Below the pieces are notes generated by a model that saw only the letters and a list, made by a program, of their open reading frames with translations, had not been told where the DNA came from and ran no database searches. From the IMG/VR virus record IMGVR_UViG_3300013383_000017, positions 77,887-141,886 of that record: DNA of 64,000 nucleotides. One strand, 5' to 3'. Positions 29,539 to 37,748 of the stretch are shown here, one piece after another. Numbering within the stretch: the first letter of the stretch is position 1; each line of letters begins with the position of its first letter. The stretch comes from a virus (taxonomy: Duplodnaviria > Caudoviricetes). The position numbers and the translations under genes are program-made.

Positions 29539-31040
29539 TACATACCTCCTACTTCTAATATAGCTCCTCCAATAGATAGCAAAGATAATGCTGTGGATGC
29601 TGCATTTTGTACAGAATTAAGTATTACTAATTTAGGGTCTATAATATAAGAATTTATTAAGTTACATTTCTTCATATTTTTAAAATCAAAGCCTTGCATT
29701 TCTTTAATATTATCATATGAAATTTCAGCATTTTGACATTGTTTGATTAAAGGCTCATAAAGAACAGTATAAAAAGGATTATTTTTAATTTTATTAGCAA
29801 TATCTCTATATGCAAAACCTCCACCTTTTACTACACCTCCATTTAAAGCAGCTTTAACAGCACAAACAGCATCTTCTACTCTATCATACTTTTCTTTTAT
29901 TTCTGACTCTGTTAATCCGCCTACTTTAATTACTGCTAATTTACCTAATAACTTTGCCTTTCTTCTTTCTAAAGATACTAAAATTGGATCATTATTTTCT
30001 TTGGCTAATTTGATTTGTTGTGTTAATTCTTCCTCTCTTTCTTTAAGACTTTCTATATTATTATCTATATATATTACAGTATCAGAAAAAGAAGATATTA
30101 CTTTTTCACAATGACCTAATTCATTAGGGCTAAACATTCTTATATTATTAAGAAGTTTAGCACCTGTAACAGCACAATAGTCTCTTAAAGTATCTTCTTT
30201 ATTACCTACCCAACCTTGGTTTTTAATAAGCAGTACTGAAGAATTACCTTGATAATTATTCCTAATTACTCCTCTTATTACTTCTTCTCCAAAATCATTA
30301 GCTATAAGTAATAATGGTTTTTTCTGCTCTATTGCATGCTTCATAATAGGCATAATGTCTTTAAAATAAGGAATAGTATTATTTACAACTACTACTAAAG
30401 CATCAGTATATTTACATTCTTTTCTGACTTTATCAGTAAAGAAATCTGATGATATAAGTCCTGTATTAAATAAAGCACCTTCTATACAATCTACAGTATC
30501 TTTTTGATGGTCAGTTAATTCAAATAGCACAACTCCACTACTTCCTGCTTTTATAAAAGCATCTTTTACTATTTCTCCTATATAATCATCATTATTTGCA
30601 GATATAGTAGCAATACCTTTTATATAGTCAATATCTTTATATGTTATTACTTTGCTATCTTTTTCTAATATTTTTGCAGTACTATCTACTAAATCCCCTA
30701 ATAATTCTTTTACTTCCAATAGTGTATTAGTTTTAAGCATTTCTACTCCTTTTTTATAAAACCCACTAGTCAATATAGTAGTAGTTGTAGTACCATCACC
30801 TGCTTCTTTTGCAGTTTTTTCTGCTGCTTCTCTTACTATAGATATAATAGCATTAATAATAGGGTCTTCATCCTGCAATTTTTTAGCTACTGATACACCA
30901 TCTTTTGTAATAAATGGTTTACCCATATTATCAGTAAGCATTATAGTCCTTCCTCTTGGACCCAAAGTTAATGAAACATAACCATTTATCTCATCTACTC
31001 CTTTTCCTATTAATTGTTTTATCTCTTTAGTTTTAATCAT
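29538..31040 (-). CDS. groEL: Phage chaperonin, GroEL/Cpn60-like
   Basis: TLGPRGR, ITKDGVSVAK, AGDGTTT, IATISAN, AVIKVGG, DRVEDAVCAVKAA, GVVKGGG, IIDP; ends in GGM. Confidence 0.93.
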   Translation of the reverse strand: MIKTKEIKQLIGKGVDEINGYVSLTLGPRGRTIMLTDNMGKPFITKDGVSVAKKLQDEDPIINAIISIVREAAEKTAKEAGDGTTTTTILTSGFYKKGVEMLKTNTLLEVKELLGDLVDSTAKILEKDSKVITYKDIDYIKGIATISANNDDYIGEIVKDAFIKAGSSGVVLFELTDHQKDTVDCIEGALFNTGLISSDFFTDKVRKECKYTDALVVVVNNTIPYFKDIMPIMKHAIEQKKPLLLIANDFGEEVIRGVIRNNYQGNSSVLLIKNQGWVGNKEDTLRDYCAVTGAKLLNNIRMFSPNELGHCEKVISSFSDTVIYIDNNIESLKEREEELTQQIKLAKENNDPILVSLERRKAKLLGKLAVIKVGGLTESEIKEKYDRVEDAVCAVKAALNGGVVKGGGFAYRDIANKIKNNPFYTVLYEPLIKQCQNAEISYDNIKEMQGFDFKNMKKCNLINSYIIDPKLVILNSVQNAASTALSLLSIGGAILEVGGM

Positions 31041-31260
31041 TTTGTTCTAACATATTTATTTTTTCATTTATATAGAAAATAGCTTTCTTTAAATCTTCTA
31101 TTTCTTTTTCTCTATCTTCTAGACCCTCTTCTCTTTTTAATCCTGCTCTCCAAAGATATTTTATAGCATTACCTATACAAAAGTCTCTATATTTTACAAT
31201 TTCTATACACTCTACCCCACTAAGGTCTTTATAATAATTAGGGTGATTAACTCTTTCCAT
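31033..31260 (-). CDS. DUF3310 family protein
   Basis: VNHPNYY..ECIE..FCIGNAIKYLWRAGLK..EDLKKAIFY signature. Confidence 0.85.
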   Translation of the reverse strand: MERVNHPNYYKDLSGVECIEIVKYRDFCIGNAIKYLWRAGLKREEGLEDREKEIEDLKKAIFYINEKINMLEQND

Positions 31261-31501
31261 TTTCTATTGTTTTTAGTATATCTTCTTTAGTCATTAAGCC
31301 TTTATGTGTAGCATAAGGTATAGTATCATTATCTTTATAGAATTCAAGATATGGGATATTAACTATTCCTTTTTCTTCTATAACATCTTCATTTTTATCT
31401 ATATCAATCTCTTCAAATTCTACACCACTATCTTTTAAATTTATAGTAGTGGCTTTACAAGGAGCACACCATTCTGCTCCATATTTTTTTACTTTTACCA
31501 T
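31247..31501 (-). CDS. Thioredoxin (probable start MVKVKKY)
   Basis: AEWCAPCK active site; IVNIP cis-Pro loop. Confidence 0.85.
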   Translation of the reverse strand: MVKVKKYGAEWCAPCKATTINLKDSGVEFEEIDIDKNEDVIEEKGIVNIPYLEFYKDNDTIPYATHKGLMTKEDILKTIENGKS

Positions 31502-31502
31502 A

Positions 31503-32084
31503 TTATTTATTTTTTCTTTTATTAATAATATCTTTAAGTTCATAATAAGATATAGGGTAATAATTATTATTATCTACTCCTACATCATACTGCTCTGGAT
31601 AGCACAATTTTAATCTATCTAAATCTAAACTTGTAGACTTAGGACCAGAATGCACATGTCCATATAACTGAATAAAGTGTCTATAATCATAACATAAAAA
31701 AGGAAAATGATTAAGATAAATACCTGTATTATCTATATTTATTTTTAATTGATTAGTTCTATAATAAAGTAAATTATCATAATCCTTTCTTAAATTTCTG
31801 GCATCATGATTACCCATAATTAACACTATATTACCATTTAGTTTAGAAAATATTTCATACCATAATTTTGAACCACCAAATATGAAATCTCCTAAATGAT
31901 ATACTATATCATCTTTTTTTACTTTACTATTCCAATTATCTATTAAAACTTGATTCATTTCTTCTACTGATTTATAAGGTCTGCTGCAATATTGAATTAT
32001 TGCAGCATGACCAAAATGAGTATCAGAAGTGAAAAATGTTTTATTAGGTGAAGGACTTAATATTTTTTCTATATTATCTACCAT
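31503..32084 (-). CDS. Calcineurin-like metallophosphoesterase
   Basis: SDTHFGH, HLGD, MGNHD, HFP, YGHVH motifs. Confidence 0.9.
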   Translation of the reverse strand: MVDNIEKILSPSPNKTFFTSDTHFGHAAIIQYCSRPYKSVEEMNQVLIDNWNSKVKKDDIVYHLGDFIFGGSKLWYEIFSKLNGNIVLIMGNHDARNLRKDYDNLLYYRTNQLKINIDNTGIYLNHFPFLCYDYRHFIQLYGHVHSGPKSTSLDLDRLKLCYPEQYDVGVDNNNYYPISYYELKDIINKRKNK

Positions 32085-32088
32085 AATG

Positions 32089-32120
32089 CAAATATAATAA
32101 AAAATAATAAAAGAAACAAA
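32089..32120 (-). promoter_or_regulatory. Bacteroidetes housekeeping-sigma promoter
   Basis: TTTG-N20-TATATTTG, matching the TTTG(-33)/TAnnTTTG(-7) consensus. Confidence 0.7.
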
Positions 32121-32736
32121 TTAATGTATCCAATGATCTCCTATAGCTGCTTCTGCTGGGATAGGTAAAGATTTACAAAATATAGTAGCTGCTTGTTCCA
32201 TAATAGTTTCAAGAGTTTTTGGAAATTGTTCTATTTCTTTAGGATATTCACAGCATATTTCATCATGGACTACTGCACATATTTTAACTTTATTAAATAA
32301 ATTATTATTTATAATCCAATTAAATAAATTTATAGTCGCTAGTTTAATTATACAAGAACCAGTACCTTGTGTTACATAGTTTAAAGCATGTCTTTCCCAT
32401 TCTGAACCTGCTTTAAAATGTATTTTTACTTCTTGTTCTATTATATCACCAGTTCCCTTATGATTTAATTTATAATCACTCCAACTCCAAGATGATGATC
32501 TATATTTATCCTCTATTTCTTTCCATTTCTTCCAATCCCACCAATAAGTTTTATGTTTTGTTATAGGATTAATCAATATATAACCATGTTCTTTTACAAA
32601 TTTAGAACCTTTATTTTTAAAAGCTGTAACACCAGTAAAACCTTTATCATAATAGTCAGAAAATTTCTGAGCTTCTTCTAAAGAACAACCTAAAGAACCA
32701 GCAATAGCATGTGCTGAACCTCCAAATTGCTTTGCG
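32121..32736 (-). CDS. polA: Family A DNA polymerase, exon 2
   Basis: AKQFGG (end of motif B), ALNYVTQGTG, VVHDE (motif C); joins exon 1 in frame to give 684 aa. Confidence 0.9.
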
Positions 32737-33619
32737 CTTTTATTAATTATTAAACTTTTTCTCAATGTCTTTTATTATTTGCTCTTTTGTTTCTATATTT
32801 AGATTATTAATCATTTCTTCAGTAAACTGAGTTAATGGTTCTGTTCTAAATTTCTGTTCTAATATAAATCTAGCAAAAGTAGCTTCTTCTTTTGTTTTAT
32901 AACAAGGAGAATGATATTGTTTGTTATCTACCCTAAAGTAAGCAGAAAATTTACCATTTTTATGTTCTTCTACACCCTTAATATTTAATTTATTATAAGG
33001 ATGTCTATTAGAAGAATTTAAAGAATTATCACAAATTCTTAGGTTACTTTTTCTGTTATCTTTAATATCTAAATTAATATGGTCAACTTGTTGTCCTAGT
33101 TTAGCATTAGTGATTAACCTATGTAATAATATACTAGTTTCTTTTGTTCTTGCATAGCCATATTTATTAGAAGACCAATGGTATTTACTTACTAATGGGT
33201 AATCTTCAGCATCTATAATATAAGTTGCATCTTTATAGTAAGATGGTGCTTTATAAGTATCAAATTCTACTGTATCATTACCAATAAATCTAAACTCATT
33301 AGTATCAAATTTATTTCTTGGATTGGTGTCAAGAAAATAACCATATTTTTCCAGTTGACATTGATGTTTTCTGCAGTATTTAGATGAGTGATTACCATTA
33401 TGCTTTCTCCCACATACTGCACAATAATATTCTTTCATAATTTTAATAATTTAAAATAAAATGGACTATTCCTTTATCATATAATAGTGTTTACTATTAC
33501 TTAGATAGGCATTAGTAGTCTCTAGGGTGGTATAATACCGCCACGGTGTTAGGGTTTAATCTTTCGCCGTAATTTGCCTTTTGTTTATAAAAATTTCTTT
33601 TTATAGGAGTCCGCAGTTG
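32737..33619 (-). mobile_element. Group I intron in polA motif B (883 nt)
   Basis: P1 GGAGUU/GACUCC with U.G at the 5' splice site; P10 UGCG/CGCA; P AAAUUACGGCGAA, R CUAGAGACUAC, S AAGGAAUAGUCC; terminal G. Splicing gives KSVEF|AKQFGG. Confidence 0.92.
32743..33438 (-). CDS. Intron-encoded HNH homing endonuclease with N-terminal Zn finger and AP2-like C-terminus (intact)
   Basis: CAVC..CRKH; LHRLI..VDHINLDIKDNRKSNLR; GV...F.AY...EEA..AR. Confidence 0.88.
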   Translation of the reverse strand: MKEYYCAVCGRKHNGNHSSKYCRKHQCQLEKYGYFLDTNPRNKFDTNEFRFIGNDTVEFDTYKAPSYYKDATYIIDAEDYPLVSKYHWSSNKYGYARTKETSILLHRLITNAKLGQQVDHINLDIKDNRKSNLRICDNSLNSSNRHPYNKLNIKGVEEHKNGKFSAYFRVDNKQYHSPCYKTKEEATFARFILEQKFRTEPLTQFTEEMINNLNIETKEQIIKDIEKKFNN

Positions 33620-35058
33620 AACTCCACTGATTTTACTTTTTTTCTTAAATCTGGTCTTACTTTTTTAATATCTTTTATTTCTACATCTTTTAATTCTTCA
33701 GCAAAAACCATTTTTGCACAAAGAGAATGCATATCACCACTTCCCTCTAAGAATTCTTTTAGCATTGTAGGTTCTTGGTATATATCAGCCCCCAAACGAC
33801 TTTCTAGAGCACTGAAATCGCAACTTACAAACTTATTATTTTCTTCTGAAGTAAAAGCTCCTCTTGTAGCATCATCTGCAGGTAATTGTTGCATATTAGG
33901 ATAAGCACAATTTTTAGGATTAATCTTTTTTAGTTTTGCTAAATCAATATTTGATTGTCTAGAACCACTAGACATTCTACCAGTAACTGTTCCTAATTGT
34001 TTATATATTGTATGCATTCTATTAGTGTTAGGATTAATAGCATTAAGATGCCCTTGACCAAAAGAAGATACTACTTTAGAATATTCTTTATAACTAAAAT
34101 ATAATTTAAGAAATTCATCATTTATACCTTTTTGTGTAGATAATGATTTTTCAAGAACACTGTCTTTATCTTCTCCTGTCTTTTTATCTTGAACTGTTGT
34201 ATTAAATCCTAATTTTTTAGCTACTTTTATTACTTGTTCTGGACTATCCCAATTAATAGTACATTTAGGAGATGTATCAAAACCAGTAAATAAATCACCT
34301 TGTAGGTTAATATATGTAAATTCTTTTAATAATTCACTATTAATAACAAAATTATTTAATAATTCCTGTGCTTCTTTTAATTGAATACTGTCATTATACA
34401 TTTTTTCTTTCCATTTAGTTTGGTCTAAATGTATACCACACCATTCAAGATAAGCTATAGCAGGTACAAAGTTATTTTCTAGTTCTGCAGCTTTTAAAAG
34501 CTCTTGATTTTGTAAATCAATTATTTGACTTTCCATTATTTTCTCTAGATAAGTAACATCTCCAGCTGAATATTGAATTACATTACTATCTAATCCTCTC
34601 CATATAATTTCACCTCTAATTGTTTTATCTATATTAACATGTAATCTTCTATCTGCTATACTTTTTAAAGAATAAGATATTATACCTTGGGGATATCCAA
34701 GGTATAATAACTGTTCTGCTATCATAGTATCATATACTTTAATAGGAATGATACCATAATTATATAAAAATTGTAAATCAAATTTAAGATTTTGCCCTAT
34801 AATAAGATGCGTTTCTAGTATTTCTTTATATTCTTTAATATCAATAGTTGTTGTATCTATTACTATTCTAATATCTTTAGCATCATTACCAAACTGGATA
34901 CATAAAACATCATTAATATGAGCATCTCTACCATTAGTTTCACTATCATATTGTAATCTACCACATGAATTCAATAATTCTTTTGATTTTTCTACAGATA
35001 TTATAGTATAATAATCAGATTTAAACAGCTCTTGATTATTAGTAACTAAATAAATCAT
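33620..35058 (-). CDS. polA: Family A DNA polymerase, exon 1 (3'-5' exonuclease plus motifs A and B)
   Basis: YDSET, GQNLKFD, TVTGRMSS, PNMQQLP, SCDFSALESR, DMHS, RKKVKSVEF. Confidence 0.92.
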
Positions 35059-35534
35059 GGTTTATAAATTTTAAAATCATTAAAATCTAAAGTAAATCCA
35101 AAGTGTGCTAAAAAATCAGTGCCTATTACTCCTACTACTGGATTATTATTTATCTTTATAGTACTTAAAGCATCCTTTATATCTAAAATCCAAAAGTCAA
35201 ATTCAAAAGATTCTTTATTAAAAGTAAAAGGTATTTTTGAATATTTAGCTGATAAATTACCTGTTGCAGTAGCAATAGTAGCAGTTGATTTTGTTGTCTT
35301 TTTTCCTTTTAATTCTGTTAATACTTCTGGTGTAATATAAGAAGAATTGGCACCTGTATCTATCAGAAAATAATATTCTTTATTATTATTAATTAACTTT
35401 AAATGGGCAACACCATCACTACTCTTAAATGTGTCTATAAAAGACTCTGAGTTTCTCCTTTTTTTGAAGAGATCATAAAGCAATACAATGCTTAAGGAAG
35501 TAAAAAATATTAAACATAATGTTAATGTAACCAT
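35055..35534 (-). CDS. Retropepsin-like aspartic protease with N-terminal membrane anchor
   Basis: FLIDTGA catalytic motif, GVIGTDFL, hydrophobic N-terminus. Confidence 0.82.
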   Translation of the reverse strand: MVTLTLCLIFFTSLSIVLLYDLFKKRRNSESFIDTFKSSDGVAHLKLINNNKEYYFLIDTGANSSYITPEVLTELKGKKTTKSTATIATATGNLSAKYSKIPFTFNKESFEFDFWILDIKDALSTIKINNNPVVGVIGTDFLAHFGFTLDFNDFKIYKP

Positions 35535-35539
35535 ATAAA

Positions 35540-36061
35540 TTATTTCTTTCCAGTACTACCAAATCCACCACGATTCTTGCCATTTAAAGAATCTACATAT
35601 ACTATCTTAATACCATTAGAGAATAACCATTTAATCTTTTGCCATACAGTTGCTTTTTGTGATAGCATTATTCTAAATTGTGCTATTCTAGTATTATTTT
35701 CTATATTTCCATCTACCATACATCTAGCAGAGAATTTCCAAATATCATCATTACCACAATAGGAATTATCTATAATACCCATAGAATTTCTAAGTTCTAT
35801 TCCTAATTTAGGTGTAGAGCTTCTTGGTAATACCCAAGCTTCATAACCCTTAGGTAGTTCTATTGCAACACCTAAATCTAACATTTTGTTTTCAAATGTT
35901 ACAATCTTTTTACTTTTCTTTGTTTCTATTACTTTAGAAGTAATAGTAGGAGCAGTAAGAGTAATGTCTTTTTGCATATATAAATCAATCCAATCTCCTT
36001 TAGGATTTATTATAATTTTCTTTGCTCCTTCACTTGTTTTTACTTTTATTTTAATTTTCAT
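35540..36061 (-). CDS. dut: Trimeric dUTPase
   Basis: DWIDL, LPRSS, GIIDNSYCG, RIAQ, RGGFGSTG. Confidence 0.93.
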   Translation of the reverse strand: MKIKIKVKTSEGAKKIIINPKGDWIDLYMQKDITLTAPTITSKVIETKKSKKIVTFENKMLDLGVAIELPKGYEAWVLPRSSTPKLGIELRNSMGIIDNSYCGNDDIWKFSARCMVDGNIENNTRIAQFRIMLSQKATVWQKIKWLFSNGIKIVYVDSLNGKNRGGFGSTGKK

Positions 36062-36518
36062 ATTTTTTATATAAATAAATTGGTTTAAGTTTATTATTCT
36101 CTATTTTAAATAATTGTTGATTCGTTGTTTCTTTATCAAGTCCTCCTAGTTCTTTTATATAAGGACCTGTTTTAATATAATCTAATATATCTATAAAAAT
36201 AGAAGGTATATTGGGGAGTATTTCCCCAGTATACCATGCTAATTTTATATCTGGATAAGCTTCTTTTAGTTGTATAAATAAATTATAAAGAGAATCTAAA
36301 TCAGAATTACCACCCATCATACAGATACAAGTAATTAATTTATTTTTCTTTAATTCTTCAGTAATACATTTTAAAGTTAGCTCTTTTCCTATATCTTTCC
36401 ATAAGAATTTAGAGTGACATCCTTTACAGTGTATTTTACAATTAGTTATATTTATAGCTAATGTTATTTCTTCAGGTATCTCTCTAAATACCATGTCCAT
36501 TGTAAGATACTTAAGCAT
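36051..36518 (-). CDS. nrdG: Anaerobic ribonucleotide reductase activase (radical SAM)
   Basis: CKIHCKGCH (CxxxCxxC), MGG, WYTG, DYIKTGPY, TTNQ; lies downstream of nrdD. Confidence 0.9.
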   Translation of the reverse strand: MLKYLTMDMVFREIPEEITLAINITNCKIHCKGCHSKFLWKDIGKELTLKCITEELKKNKLITCICMMGGNSDLDSLYNLFIQLKEAYPDIKLAWYTGEILPNIPSIFIDILDYIKTGPYIKELGGLDKETTNQQLFKIENNKLKPIYLYKKYEN

Positions 36519-36696
36519 CTTTATTAGGCATAAGATATAACATTAATACACCAAGTACTTGAAGAAATACACCTGAAAGTATACCTAGTAAAGCATCCTT
36601 TTTACTACTGTCAGTTATTTTTTTCTTCATTGCTACATTCCTACCCCAATATCCAAATAGGGCAGCTATACATAAATAAAATAAACAAAATAACAT
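36511..36696 (-). CDS. Small membrane protein with two TM helices
   Basis: 61 aa with two hydrophobic segments; overlaps the nrdG start. Confidence 0.55.
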   Translation of the reverse strand: MLFCLFYLCIAALFGYWGRNVAMKKKITDSSKKDALLGILSGVFLQVLGVLMLYLMPNKDA

Positions 36697-36715
36697 AATT
36701 TATACTATTTAATAA

Positions 36716-36797
36716 TTATTTACCATGGAATACTCTAGTTTTCCATTCTTCTAATCTACCTTTACTATAACTCTTTATAGGCACTAAGTATCCAATA
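36716..36797 (-). CDS. nrdD: Class III ribonucleotide reductase, exon 2 (glycyl-radical loop); absent from the ORF track
   Basis: Encodes (V)IGYLVPIKSYSKGRLEEWKTRVFHGK*; completes YDRVIGYL after splicing. Confidence 0.9.
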
Positions 36798-37748
36798 CTT
36801 TTATACTCAATGTTTCCATTTATTTAATAAACATTTACTTATAATATCTTTTTGATCCTGAGTTAAAGAATCTATTACTTGTTATCTTACACTGGTATTT
36901 TGATATATTTCCACATTAAATCTTTGCTCCATTATATATCTTGCAAAGATTGCTTCTGCTTCAGTTTTATACCAACTAGAGTAATATCTTTTACCATTTA
37001 ATTGTAATTCCGCATGCCAACATGAAGGGTTTCTTTTTTCATTTTTATATACACCTTTATAAAGAGAGAGACTCTCTCTTTTTCTAGTATTATATAGTTG
37101 TTGCTTTCTATTTGATATGCGTAAATTAAATTTTCTATTATCAGTAGAATCAATATTAATATGATCAATTTCACCAATAGGATTTCCTAAAACTAATCTG
37201 TGAAAATAGATATGTTGTTTATGTTTTGTAGTGACTAAATAATATGATTTAATATTTTTACCTTTTATAATGCACTGCCATTTATATGCATATATTATAG
37301 GCAAATCTTCTTTATCAAATTTAAATGTTTTTAGCACATTACCAAATTGATTATAGGTATCTATTTCACAATAATGCTCTAAAACACGGACTTCATTTTT
37401 ATCAAATACAGTTCTAGAATTAGAGCACATAATTTTTCCATATTTTTTAACCTATAAGTAATGCTTAAAACACATATTACTATGTGAATTAGTGTGCATT
37501 TTTCCACACACTGGGCATATTTTTTCTTTCATATGTTAATATAAGTAATGTTTGAGAATAGACCATACCATCATCATTTTCAGATGCCTCTTGGTGGTCG
37601 TTGAGGGCTTCTATTTCTAGCTATCCCTGCTGATTATCCATTGTTGCATTCTTAAAATTTTTACACTTTGGTATTTAAGACTTTAGGAACTTCCAGCATA
37701 TTCGAGGTTTGCATTATATATTTCTATATATGGGGCTATTGTTAACTA
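36798..37748 (-). mobile_element. Group I intron in nrdD, just before the radical glycine (951 nt)
   Basis: P1 GGGU/GCCC with U.G; P10 CAAUA/UAUUG; P GAAUAUGCUGGAA, Q AAUCAGCAGG; P7 GACCA/UGGUC (compensated variant of GACUA/UAGUC); terminal G. Confidence 0.92.
36807..37532 (-). pseudogene. Intron-encoded HNH/AP2 homing endonuclease with two in-frame stops
   Basis: Frame runs MKEKICPVCG..KHYL*(TAG 37452-37454)VKKYG..VR*(TAA 36882-36884)QVIDSL..KWKH*; collinear with the intact polA-intron HNH. Confidence 0.8.

Noticed and set aside
32121-35058. polA, nrdD and the DnaB-like gene as split or pseudogenised genes
   Set aside because: Each break has full group I intron signatures and splices back in frame, restoring conserved motifs.
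37452-37454. Genome-wide TAG-to-Gln recoding (code 15), suggested by an in-frame TAG aligned to Gln
   Set aside because: Genes up to 10 kb have no internal TAG, TAG ends thyX and the SF2 helicase at plausible positions, no suppressor tRNA is visible, and the same ORF also has a premature TAA.
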